64,000 bases of DNA from Chloroflexota bacterium. Its GTDB lineage: Bacteria; Chloroflexota; UBA11872; VXOZ01. Positions 1-8,995 of the stretch are shown here, in pieces. The notes beneath the pieces were generated by a model. It saw only the letters and a program-made list of their open reading frames with translations, was not told where the DNA came from and ran no database searches. The stretch lies in the NCBI GenBank assembly GCA_963662335.2, contig CAXXVD010000001.1, forward strand, positions 480,001 through 544,000, written 5' to 3'. Position numbers and translations under genes: made by a program. Each line of letters begins with the position of its first letter. Position 1 is the first letter of the stretch.

Positions 1-648
1 CGCGATGTGCGCCATGTCCACCATGAAGAGCGCGTCCACGCCGTCGGCAATCCGGCGCAGGCGGGCGAAGTCGATGATGCGCGCGTAGGCCGTGGCCCCG
101 CCGACGATCAGGCGCGGCCGGCACTCCTGCGCGATGCGCTCCACCTCGTCGTAGTCGATGCGTTCCGTATCCAGATTCACCCCGTAGGGCACGAAGTTGT
201 ACACCAGGCCGGAGAAATTCTTGGGATGCCCGTGGGTCAGGTGCCCGCCCTGGGCCAGCGACATGCCCATCACCGTATCCCCCGGCTCCAGCATGGCCAG
301 ATAGACCGCCGCGTTGGGGTTGGAGCCGGAGTAGGGCTGCACGTTGGCGTGTTCCGCGCCGAAGAGCGCCGTGGCCCGGTCGATCGCCAACTGCTCGATC
401 TCGTCAACGTACTCGCAGCCGCCGTAGTAGCGCCGTCCCGGATAGCCCTCGGCGTACTTGTTGGTGAGAATCGAGCCGCACGCCTCCCGCACCGCGGCGC
501 TGGTGTAGTTCTCGGAAGCGATCATCTCCAGGTGGTCTTCCTGCCGCTGGCGCTCCTTGCTAATCCAGCCGTAGACGGCCGGGTCGTGCCGCCGGAGACT
601 TTCCAGACCGGTTGCTGCCGCTGCTACGGTGTCTGCCAATTCGGCCAC
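1..648 (-). CDS. glyA: Serine hydroxymethyltransferase, 5' part (runs off the window start)
   Basis: Manual minus-strand translation from GTG at 648 gives [44 protein letters not shown] and VDMAHIA, all SHMT motifs; GAGAGAGGA RBS upstream. Not in the ORF track because it is truncated. Confidence 0.97.
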   Translation of the reverse strand, partial: MAELADTVAAAATGLESLRRHDPAVYGWISKERQRQEDHLEMIASENYTSAAVREACGSILTNKYAEGYPGRRYYGGCEYVDEIEQLAIDRATALFGAEHANVQPYSGSNPNAAVYLAMLEPGDTVMGMSLAQGGHLTHGHPKNFSGLVYNFVPYGVNLDTERIDYDEVERIAQECRPRLIVGGATAYARIIDFARLRRIADGVDALFMVDMAHIA

Positions 649-844
649 GCTCTTGCGTCCTCTCTCGTCGCGCCATGCTCGACCGTCCCGCCAAGCGCCG
701 CAAACGGCGGGACTACGGCGCCGGGTGTCTTGGTTCAATGGTAGCACAGGGCCGTGCCCGCATTGAAACCGGGGGACTGGACTGCGCGGCCATGGCCGTG
801 CGCCGGCCACACGATGGTATGAAAGCCGCGAGACGGTCCCCTGA

Positions 845-1110
845 CCGTCATTCCCGCGAACGCGGGAATCCATCTTCGTCTCACACGCAGCCAAGAGCGG
901 ATGGATTCCCGCGTTCGCGGGAATGACGGATTTTGCGGGGATGACGGAATTCGCAGGAATGACGGACTGTGCGGGAATGACGGAACGTAGCGCGGGGGCT
1001 TGTCCCCCGCCTCTTGCGGCGCGCCGCCCGCCGGTGTAGGGGCACGACATGTCGTGCCCCTACACCGGCGGGAAGACGAAGATGGATTCCGGCTTTCGCC
1101 GGAATGACGG
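845..1110. repeat. Composite cluster of REP-like palindromes
   Basis: Inverted pair CCGTCATTCCCGCGAACGCGGGAATCCA / TGGATTCCCGCGTTCGCGGGAATGACGG (845-929); four 18-bp decaying GG(A/G)ATGACGGA units (919-990); GTAGCGCGGGGGCTTGTCCCCCGC (987-1010); perfect palindrome GTAGGGGCACGACATGTCGTGCCCCTAC (1036-1063); another family-C-like copy at 1081-1110. Confidence 0.9.
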
Positions 1111-1241
1111 ATTTCGCGCCGGCCTTTCACATGAATGGCGGTGTGGTCTAGCGACAATGGCGGTGCGGTTTATCGACATATGTGCACACCACACTGCGTT
1201 CGTTACTGATTTTCGCAATTGCCATGCGACCCGCCGCCACT

Positions 1242-1253
1242 TTGCGGTATAGT
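1242..1253 (+). promoter_or_regulatory. Putative -10 element of the DUF58/transglutaminase operon
   Basis: TTGCGGTATAGT; a similar TGYGN-TANNNT motif precedes other operons here (8742-8752, 11131-11141, 20524-20534). Confidence 0.45.
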
Positions 1254-1277
1254 GGGATGAAGGTCGCGCGACGCGGT

Positions 1278-1460
1278 CGCACGCAGCGTGAGGTCAGTCG
1301 CACACAGCGCGAGGTCGGCCGCACGCAGCGCGAGGTCGGCCGCACGCAGCGCGAGGTCGGCCGCACACAGCGCGAGGTCGGCCGCACGCAGCGCGAGGTC
1401 GGCCGCACACAGCGCGAGGTCAGTCGCACATAGCGCGAGGTCGGCCGCACATAGCACGAG
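1278..1460. repeat. 21-bp tandem repeat, about 8.7 copies (consensus CGCAC(A/G)CAGCGCGAGGTCGGC)
   Basis: Units start at 1278, 1299, 1320, 1341, 1362, 1383, 1404, 1425 and 1446 (partial); no spacers. Confidence 0.95.
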
Positions 1461-1473
1461 AGGCAGGCGGCGG

Positions 1474-2784
1474 ATGCAAGACACGGATCGCCAGGCGGAG
1501 CGCGGCAGCGTGCAGGTCCAACTGGAGCGGCCGTTCATCATCGTGCTCGCCGCCGGCATCTTGCTGCTGGCGCTGATTTCCGGCATCAACGTGCTCTACT
1601 CCTTCCTCTACGCCATGCTGGGGCTCATCGCTATCAGCTACTTCTGGACGACCCGCAACATCCGCAATCTCTCCGTAGAGCGGCATCTGGTCTCCAAGTG
1701 GGCCACCCTGGGTGATGAAATCGTGGAGACCTTCCGCGTGAGCAATGCCGGCGCGCTGCCGGTGCTGTGGGTGGAAGTGAACGACCACTCGGACGTGCCC
1801 GGCTACCAGGCCGGCATGGTCACCGGGCTGGGGCCGCGTGAGCACCGCGAGTGGAAGTCGCGCGCCGTCTGCAAGCGGCGCGGCCTCTACCGCCTCGGCC
1901 CTTTGCGGGTCTACACCGGCGACCCGTTCGGCATCTTTCGCGCCACCAAAGAACTCCCTGACCAGGCCACGTTTCTGGTCTATCCGCCCATCACGGAAGT
2001 GCCGGGGCTGGCCTTGCCCACCGGACGCCAGAGCGGCGAATCGCGCTCCTCGCGGCGGGCCTTGCACCTGACCACCGACGCGGCCAGCGTGCGGGAATTC
2101 GTGCCGGGCGACGCGCTGCACATCATCCACTGGCCCACCACCGCCCGGCGCGGCCGCCTGCAAACCAAAGAGTTCGACATGGAGCCGGGCGGCAGTACCT
2201 GGATCCTGCTGGACCTGGATCAAGCCGCCCAGGCCGGCGAGGAGGAAGAGTCCACCGAGGAATACGGCGTCAAGCTGGCGGCGGCGCTGGTCTACCGCTT
2301 GATCCGTGAGCAGAAGTCCATCGGGCTGATTACGTACGGCGAGGAGCGCCGCCTCTTGCGCGCCAACCGGGGCAGCCAGCACATGTGGCGCATCATGGAG
2401 ATTCTGGCGGTGGTGCGCGCCCAGGGCACGGCGCGCGTAGGTGACGTGTTATCCGAAGTCGCCCCACAGATTCGCGGCAGCATGAGCCTGATCGTCATCA
2501 CGCCGAACACCGACCCGGCGTGGGCGCCGATCCTGGTCAACGTCTCGCGCCGGGGCATCCGGCCCACGGTGCTCCACCTGGCGCCGGAGACGTTCGGCGC
2601 CGACCGCGCCAGCGGCCCCTTGCAGCAAGCCCTCGGCGCCGCCGGCATCTCGTATATCGAAATCGAACGCGGCCAGGAGTTCCGCACTATCCTCCTGGAG
2701 AAGGGCGATGAGGACATCCGGCGGCGCGCGCAGACCGTGGAAACTACCGCTACGAGCCGCATCCATGAAATAGGCGTGGGCTAG
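1474..2784 (+). CDS. DUF58 domain-containing membrane protein
   Basis: N-terminal TM segments, RRGLYRLGP...GDPFG, VREFVPGDALHIIHWPTTARRG and WILLD motifs. Start placed at ATG 1474 downstream of the repeat; the ORF track uses GTG 1288. Confidence 0.88.
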   Translation: MQDTDRQAERGSVQVQLERPFIIVLAAGILLLALISGINVLYSFLYAMLGLIAISYFWTTRNIRNLSVERHLVSKWATLGDEIVETFRVSNAGALPVLWVEVNDHSDVPGYQAGMVTGLGPREHREWKSRAVCKRRGLYRLGPLRVYTGDPFGIFRATKELPDQATFLVYPPITEVPGLALPTGRQSGESRSSRRALHLTTDAASVREFVPGDALHIIHWPTTARRGRLQTKEFDMEPGGSTWILLDLDQAAQAGEEEESTEEYGVKLAAALVYRLIREQKSIGLITYGEERRLLRANRGSQHMWRIMEILAVVRAQGTARVGDVLSEVAPQIRGSMSLIVITPNTDPAWAPILVNVSRRGIRPTVLHLAPETFGADRASGPLQQALGAAGISYIEIERGQEFRTILLEKGDEDIRRRAQTVETTATSRIHEIGVG

Positions 2785-2788
2785 CGCC

Positions 2789-5251
2789 ATGGCAAACCCT
2801 ATCTACTCCGACACCGCTGCTGAAGAACGGCCGAGCCTGGTCGAAACCCTGCTCCGGCACTGGCTCACGCTGCTGTTGCTGGCCGCCATGGCGTTGGTAA
2901 GCTCGTGGGCCATCCACCAATCGGGCTGGGCCACCGGCACCGAGGCCATCTTCTCCACCGCGCTGCTCGGCATGGCCGCCGGCTTCCTGGCGGCGCACAC
3001 CCGCTGGGGGATACGCAAAGGCTGGCTGTTCGGCGTCGTCATCGGCATCGCCTACTGCTTCCTGCTGGTGAGCGAAGCCCTGCCGCCGATGGACCGCATC
3101 TTCCAGGACGCCCTGGCGCTGGTCTTGAATACGCTCACCTGGATTCTGGCCGTCGTGGGCGGCCTGCTCAGCGGCAGCGGCGTGCCCCAGCCGGTACCGC
3201 CGGCGGAGGCGGTTGCCACCTTCATCACGAATGCCAGTGACTTTGGCGTCCGTTTGGCCGACTGGACGCGCGCCGGCCTGCGCGGCACCTACTCCGAGGA
3301 CAACGGCGTCTTCGTCTACTGGATTACGCTCGTGGGCTGGGCCATTGGGTACGTGGCCACGTGGGGTTTCTTCCGCCACAACGACGTGCTGATCGCGGCG
3401 CTGGTGCCCGGCGTGGCCATGGTCATCAACCTGGCCTACTCCGGCCAAGGGCGCTGGCCGTTCGTGCTCTTCCTGGCGGCGACGCTCCTGCTGATGGTGC
3501 GCCTCAATCTTCACGCGCTGCACAAACGGTGGGAATCGCGCAAGCTGGACTACGCCACGGAAGTCGGCCTGGACGTCTTGATTGCCAGCGTCCTCTTGAC
3601 CACGGCGCTCACGTTCACGGCAACCATGGCCCCGCGCGTGGGCAGCAATCCGATTTCGGAGACGTTCTGGACCGTCTTCGGCGGCGAGTGGGCCGAAGTC
3701 GACAACACCGCGAAACGGCTCTTTTCCGGCGTCCAGAATCCCAGCGGCGTGGGCCTGATTCTCGGCTCCGACAACCGCCTCTTCAGCGGGCCCCGGCGCT
3801 TCAGCCAGCCGTACCGCATGTACGTGACGACGGACGAGCGCAACTTCAACGGCTACTGGCGCGGCGCGACGTTCGACGCCTACACCGGCTATACCTGGTA
3901 CAACACCAGCGGCACGCTGCTGGACCGCCGCGCCGACGAGGAGCCGATTCCCCCGCCGCCGGTGAGCTACCGCCGGCCGGCCACGTTCACCTTCCGCATC
4001 GTGGATAGCCCCAGCGACATCGTCTTCGCGCCGGACTTCCCCACCAGCATCAGCATCCCCTACCGGGTGCAGGTGGCGTCCCCGGACGCGCCGCTCGACT
4101 ACGACCTCCTGCGCGCGCGGCGCGTGGCGGTGCCCGATTTGGAGTATACGCTGGAGAGCCTGGTCACGACCGCTACCGAAGATCAACTGCTCAATGCCCA
4201 GGGCGACGTTCCTGACGAAGTCCGCCGCTATACGCAAGCGCCCAATCTCCCGAATCGTGTGGTGGACCTGACAAAGACCGTGGTGCGGGGCAAAGAGACG
4301 CAGTATGAGAAGGCGTTGGCGATCGAACTCTTCCTGCGGCGCATTCCCTACTCGATTGCCATCCCGCCGCCGCCCGCGGACAAGGACGCGGTGGACTACT
4401 TCCTCTTCGAGGCCAAGCGCGGCTACGCGGACTACTACGCCAGCACCATGGTGGTCATGCTGCGCACGGTGGGCGTGCCCGCGCGCCTGGCGGTGGGCTT
4501 TGCCACGGGCCGCTACGACGTGGCGCAGCGCCGCTTCGTGGTGACCGAGAAGCAGGCGCACACCTGGCCGGAGGTCTACTTTGCGGGCCTGGGCTGGATA
4601 CCTTTCGAGCCCAGCCCCAATCAAACGCCGATAGACCGGGGCATTCTGGCCGCCGAGATTAGCGGTTCCTCAAACCCGGAACTCGACGAGTTCTACGATG
4701 AGCTTGGCGAGGACGAACTCCTGGCCGCCGGCGTGGCGGGCGTGATCGGCGGCAGCGTGCCGGGCACGAACATCCTCGGCGTTGACGTGCCGGACATACC
4801 CGACCTGCGGCCGTTTCTTGCGGCCTTGCTCGTCATAGTCGTTGGCTGGTTCGCGTATAATTTCATCCAGGAGAAGCGCATGGCCCCCCACCAGATGGTG
4901 CGGCACGTCTACCGCAAGCTGGTGCGCGCCGGCAAGATCGCGGGCATTCCGGCCTCCACGGCCAGCACGCCGGACGAGTACGGCGACCGCTTGCTGCACG
5001 GCCTGCACACCACCGGCGACAGGCGCTTTCCCGCGCTTGCGGTGCGGGCGATCTGCGCGACCTACGCGGAGTCGCTCTATAGCGCGGAAGGGATTTCACC
5101 CCAGCAGAAGGACGCGGCGCTCAAGGCGTGGCGCGGCGTGCGCTGGCGGCTCTACCGCCGGGGAATGCGTCTGGGCAGCCGGCGGCTCATTCCCTTCTTG
5201 CGCCGCAAGCGCGCCGCTCCCGCGCCCGCGGTCAGCGCGGCTATCGAATAG
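2789..5251 (+). CDS. Transglutaminase-like (TgpA/DUF3488-DUF4129 type) membrane protein
   Basis: Multi-TM N-terminus, YWRGATFDAYTG, DYFLF..KRGYADYYAS...LRTVGVPARLAVGF, AHTWPEVYF, WIPFEP; follows a DUF58 gene, the usual context. Confidence 0.88.
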   Translation: MANPIYSDTAAEERPSLVETLLRHWLTLLLLAAMALVSSWAIHQSGWATGTEAIFSTALLGMAAGFLAAHTRWGIRKGWLFGVVIGIAYCFLLVSEALPPMDRIFQDALALVLNTLTWILAVVGGLLSGSGVPQPVPPAEAVATFITNASDFGVRLADWTRAGLRGTYSEDNGVFVYWITLVGWAIGYVATWGFFRHNDVLIAALVPGVAMVINLAYSGQGRWPFVLFLAATLLLMVRLNLHALHKRWESRKLDYATEVGLDVLIASVLLTTALTFTATMAPRVGSNPISETFWTVFGGEWAEVDNTAKRLFSGVQNPSGVGLILGSDNRLFSGPRRFSQPYRMYVTTDERNFNGYWRGATFDAYTGYTWYNTSGTLLDRRADEEPIPPPPVSYRRPATFTFRIVDSPSDIVFAPDFPTSISIPYRVQVASPDAPLDYDLLRARRVAVPDLEYTLESLVTTATEDQLLNAQGDVPDEVRRYTQAPNLPNRVVDLTKTVVRGKETQYEKALAIELFLRRIPYSIAIPPPPADKDAVDYFLFEAKRGYADYYASTMVVMLRTVGVPARLAVGFATGRYDVAQRRFVVTEKQAHTWPEVYFAGLGWIPFEPSPNQTPIDRGILAAEISGSSNPELDEFYDELGEDELLAAGVAGVIGGSVPGTNILGVDVPDIPDLRPFLAALLVIVVGWFAYNFIQEKRMAPHQMVRHVYRKLVRAGKIAGIPASTASTPDEYGDRLLHGLHTTGDRRFPALAVRAICATYAESLYSAEGISPQQKDAALKAWRGVRWRLYRRGMRLGSRRLIPFLRRKRAAPAPAVSAAIE

Positions 5252-5303
5252 CGTTTCATCATGCACACGCCGGACAACGAATACCCGCCTCTTCTCTTGC
5301 CTC

Positions 5304-5410
5304 GCTCCCGTTGAGAGAGGGCCAGGATGAGGGTTAATTCCCTCTCCCGTTGAGAGCGGGCTAGGACGAAGGTTTAATCCCCTCTCTGAGGGAGAGGGCT
5401 AGGGTGAGGG
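5304..5410. repeat. Three copies of a CCCTCTCCC..GAGAGGG..AGGGTGAGGG-type palindromic repeat
   Basis: Similar units near 5304, 5339 and 5378; related copies at 6867-6900 and, inverted, at 48026-48062. Confidence 0.7.
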
Positions 5411-5506
5411 CAGGAGGATGTTGGCAGCGCGGCGGATACAGGCTGCGCCCCGCTCGCCGCCAACAGACGGCAGCAGTCGGCTCCACAACACGAAAGGAGC
5501 GCCGCT

Positions 5507-5806
5507 TTGGGACTGAGTGAGATACGCGACGTAGCCGTCATCGTGCTGGCTATCGTCTCCCTGCTCATGGGGTTTTCGCTCATCATCCTGGTGCTGGCGG
5601 TGCTACGCCTCGCCGGCACCATCCAGCAGGAGATTCAACCGCTCCTGCGCTCGCTCGTCGAGACGAGCAATACGGTCAAGGGCACCACGCAGTTCGTCAG
5701 CGAGGCCGTGGTGCGCCCCACGGCCAAGGCCGCCGGCAAGACGATCGGCGTCATCCGGTTCGCCCGCGCGCTGGCAAACACGGTCGCGCGCGTACAGAAG
5801 CGCTAG
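5507..5806 (+). CDS. Small membrane protein (one TM plus amphipathic helix, YtxG/DUF948-like)
   Basis: AAGGAG RBS upstream of TTG; hydrophobic N-terminus; similar to the 6436..6735 product; adjacent to a YtxH-like gene. Confidence 0.75.
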   Translation: MGLSEIRDVAVIVLAIVSLLMGFSLIILVLAVLRLAGTIQQEIQPLLRSLVETSNTVKGTTQFVSEAVVRPTAKAAGKTIGVIRFARALANTVARVQKR

Positions 5807-5850
5807 CCGGGCGGGTGTGCGCTTCGGGCCCGATGCGCGCGGCGGCCGGC

Positions 5851-6142
5851 GTAGCGCGGGGGCTTGTCCCCCGCATGGCTTGACAACCGGCGTAGCGCCG
5901 GAGGCTTGTCCCCCGCCGCCTGGGTTGCGCTTGGCCGCGAAGATGGATTCCCGCGTGCGCGGGAATGACGGAAGGTAGCGCGGGGGCTTGTCCCCCGCCT
6001 CTTGGGACGCGGCGCGCATTCGGTGTAGGGGCACGACATGTCGTGCCCCTACACCGGCGCAAAGAAGAGTTGGTTTCCCGCTTGCGCGGGAATCCATCTT
6101 CGCCGCACAACTGGTGGGTTCCCGCTTGCGCGGGAATGACGG
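5851..6142. repeat. Composite cluster of REP-like palindromes
   Basis: Family A at 5851, 5892 (variant) and 5975; family B palindrome 6025-6052; family C copies at 5942-5971 and 6074-6142. Confidence 0.9.
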
Positions 6143-6230
6143 AAGGGGAGCGCGGGGCTTTGTGCTCCGCACCGAGACTAGCAACGGCTGCCACAATGGA
6201 CTACACACGTTACGCAAGGAGCATACCCAC

Positions 6231-6428
6231 ATGCTAGGGTTCACCGTCGGCTTTGCCGTAGGGTTGTCGCTGGGCGTGGCGCTTGGTGGCCTGCTCGCGC
6301 CAAGCAGCGGCGAAGCATTCCGGGCGGACATCCGCCGCCAGATCGAAGCCGCCAAACTCGAGGCCGAGCAGGCGGCCCAGGCCACGGAAGAGGAACTTCT
6401 GGCTCGCTACGAGGAAGCCAAGCAGTGA
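6231..6428 (+). CDS. YtxH domain-containing protein
   Basis: AAGGAG RBS; GFTVGFAVGLSLGVALGGLLAPSSGEAFR matches the YtxH pattern GxxxG..LLxAPxSGxExR. Confidence 0.8.
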   Translation: MLGFTVGFAVGLSLGVALGGLLAPSSGEAFRADIRRQIEAAKLEAEQAAQATEEELLARYEEAKQ

Positions 6429-6435
6429 GGCTGCC

Positions 6436-6735
6436 ATGACGTTGGCCCACTGGCGTGACATCGCGCTTCTCATTCTCATCGTCGAGGCCCTGCTCGGCAG
6501 CGTGCTCATCCTCATCCTGACGCTGCTGGTCGCAAGCCTGGTGCGCAGAACGAACGGCGCGCTGCGCGCCGCGCTGCGTACCGGCCAGGCCCATGCCGCG
6601 AACATCGCGGCGCAGACCGACGCCATCTCCCGCCAGAGCGTGGTGCAACCCACCGCGCGCGTCCACGCCGCCCTGGCCGGCGCGCGCGCCTTTGGGCGCA
6701 GCCTGGCGCGGAACACTCCGTTTTCTCCCGACTGA
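6436..6735 (+). CDS. Small membrane protein, paralog of 5507..5806
   Basis: GAGG RBS; RDIALLIL...VVQPTA aligns with RDVAVIVL...VVRPTA of the upstream paralog. Confidence 0.72.
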   Translation: MTLAHWRDIALLILIVEALLGSVLILILTLLVASLVRRTNGALRAALRTGQAHAANIAAQTDAISRQSVVQPTARVHAALAGARAFGRSLARNTPFSPD

Positions 6736-6918
6736 ATGCATTTAGTGGCGCGGGAGCATGCGCACTCGCTGCGGGCAACGGGGACTGAGGCCGAAGCGGG
6801 CGGGGGGCCGGCCGGTCGCCGTTCATCCTGCGACAGGCTCAGAACGAACGGCTAGCGGGCTTGTATCCCTTCTCCCGCGGGAGAGGGTTAGGGTGAGGGG
6901 AAACTGCGGCAAGACGCC

Positions 6919-8301
6919 CTATGAGAGCTTGTTGTAGGCGTCCAGCGCCGCCACCTTGTAGCACTCGGCCAGGGTCGGATAGTTGAACACGTTATCCACG
7001 AAGAAGTCGAGCGTGCCGCCCAGCGCCATGGCCGTCTGCCCGATGTGCACCAATTCCGACGCGCCGGTGCCGAGCAGGTGCACGCCCAGGATGGTGCGGT
7101 CGTCGGCGTGAATGAGGAGCTTAACCAGGCCGTTTGGATCGCCGATGATCTGGCCGCGCGCGATTTCGCGGTAGCGGGCCACGCCGATTTCGTAGGGGAT
7201 GCCGTCCTCGCTCAGTTCCTTCTCCGTGCGCCCCACCATGGACGTCTCGGGAATCGTATAGATGCCGTAGGGAAAGAGGCGCGAGTTGAACGAGCCGCCG
7301 GCGCCAAAGGCGTGGCGCGCGGCCAGCCGGCCTTGCTCCATAGAAGACGCCGCCAGCGCCGGGAAGCCGATCACGTCGCCGCAGGCGTAGATGTGGGGCA
7401 CGCCGGTCTGGAATTGCTCATTCACCCGCAAGCGCCCGCGCCTATCGGCCTCCAGTCCGGCCGCGGCCAGGTTGAGCATGTCGGTGTTGCCCTGGCGGCC
7501 GCCGGCGTAGAGGAGGTGGTCGGCCATAATCGTCTTGCGGCTGCGGGTGCGGGCGACGATGCGCCCGCCCTCGTCGCTGACCTCGGCCACCTCCTCGCGG
7601 AAGCGGAACGTTATTCCCGCCTCGCGCATGTGGTAGGAGAGCGCTTCCCGGATTTCTTCATCGACGAATTCCAGCATCTCGTCGCGCTGCTCGATGAGCG
7701 TGACGTCTATGCCCAGGGCGGCAAAGATGCAGGCGTATTCCACCCCAATCACGCCGGCGCCGACGATCGCGAGGCGCTTGGGAAGTTCCTGGAGCATGTA
7801 CACGCCGTCGGTGTCGATGATGGTGCGGCCGTTGAACGGCACCGTGGCCGAGCGCGCGGGACGGCTGCCGGTGGCGATGATGACGTAGTCCGCTTCGACC
7901 TCCTCCACCCGCCCCTCTTCCAGCGTGACGGCGACCTGGTGGGGCGCTGTGAATTCGGCGCTGCCATAGAGGGGGGCCACGCCATTGCGGGAGAGTTGCA
8001 CCTCCAGCACGTCGGTCTCATTCTTGATCACTTGCTCGCAGCGGAACATCAAGTCGGCAATGGTGATGTTCTCTTTAACCGAGTACGTAATGCCGTAGAT
8101 ATTGCGCTCGAAGAAGCCGGTGAGGTAGAGCACCGCCTGGCGCAGGGTCTTGCTGGGGATCGAGCCGGCGTTCACCAGGTTGCCGCCCACGAAACGCCGC
8201 CGTTCGACCGCGACCACCGACTTGCCCAACTTGGCCGCCTGGATGGCGGCGCGGTGGCCCGCCGGTCCGGTGCCGATGACTACCAAGTCTACTTTTCGCA
8301 T
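6919..8301 (-). CDS. sthA: Soluble pyridine nucleotide transhydrogenase
   Basis: VVIGTGPAG, GSIPSKTLR, IIATGSRP, GAGVIGVEYA, GDVIGFPALA..SMEQGR, YGIYTIPE and FNYPTLAECYKVAALD motifs. Start set at ATG 8301. Confidence 0.92.
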   Translation of the reverse strand: MRKVDLVVIGTGPAGHRAAIQAAKLGKSVVAVERRRFVGGNLVNAGSIPSKTLRQAVLYLTGFFERNIYGITYSVKENITIADLMFRCEQVIKNETDVLEVQLSRNGVAPLYGSAEFTAPHQVAVTLEEGRVEEVEADYVIIATGSRPARSATVPFNGRTIIDTDGVYMLQELPKRLAIVGAGVIGVEYACIFAALGIDVTLIEQRDEMLEFVDEEIREALSYHMREAGITFRFREEVAEVSDEGGRIVARTRSRKTIMADHLLYAGGRQGNTDMLNLAAAGLEADRRGRLRVNEQFQTGVPHIYACGDVIGFPALAASSMEQGRLAARHAFGAGGSFNSRLFPYGIYTIPETSMVGRTEKELSEDGIPYEIGVARYREIARGQIIGDPNGLVKLLIHADDRTILGVHLLGTGASELVHIGQTAMALGGTLDFFVDNVFNYPTLAECYKVAALDAYNKLS

Positions 8302-8722
8302 ACCGTCCACCCTCGCTGCACACGCGCGCTCACGCCGCCATTGCGGAGCGGCTCGACGCCCCGCGCGCGCTGCGAAAAAGCCGCATCCGCTCCCGGCGGC
8401 CGCTCACGCTCTGCCGGAAGCGCCGCACGGTATATCCGCCGGAAACCCCACGGCACGCCCGGCTCCGCATAAGCCACTCTCAGTATACTCTCTTCGCAAA
8501 GAGGCGCAGTCCCTGGAGCGCGGCCGCCAGAAGTTTAACTCTGTTTGCTAAAGAAACATCAGGCGATCACGGTTGCGCTACTACCGCCACACCCTGAAAG
8601 GCGCTGGGATGCCTTTCAAACATACCCACCGCCGTTCCCGGGCGAGGACGGCGGGATCGGGGAGGCGCGGCGTGCTTCCAGCAGTCGCGCGCCGCGCGCG
8701 ATCTCAGACACAGCCAACGCAT

Positions 8723-8752
8723 TTGCCAGCCGCGCCCGCGCTGTGCTACACT
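8723..8752 (+). promoter_or_regulatory. Putative sigma70-type promoter
   Basis: TTGCCA-N18-TACACT with an extended TG motif, about 240 nt upstream of the 8996 CDS. Confidence 0.5.
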
Positions 8753-8995
8753 ACGTCTAGTTCCACGCTGTCCGCACCTCCCTGAAGCGACTTATCCGGT
8801 AGCGCCCGTTCGCTATTGCCGCCTCTCCAGGCCGCACTGCGCCTCGCGGTCGCGCAGACCCGCGACTTCCTCCCCCGCCGACACCGCCGCCATGGCGACG
8901 CTTGGCGCGCGGAGCGGCGCCGACAGCGCAATTCAGGAACGATACCCGGTAGCCGGGCCAGAGACCCCAGGACGAACGACGAGGAGTAGTGAGCG

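Noticed and set aside
7-744. Plus-strand 245-aa ORF
   Set aside because: Antisense shadow of glyA, which has clear motifs on the minus strand.
650-840. ZTP (pfl), THF or glycine riboswitch upstream of glyA
   Set aside because: I could not find the conserved cores of these classes; only a generic hairpin is visible.
1278-1460. CRISPR array at the 21-bp repeat
   Set aside because: Units are contiguous with no unique spacers, and no cas genes are in the window.
5603-6385. ORFs spanning REP clusters (also 735-1157, 26343-26702, 31795-32165, 52121-52433)
   Set aside because: Their peptides ([24 protein letters not shown]) are translations of the repeats, not evidence of genes.
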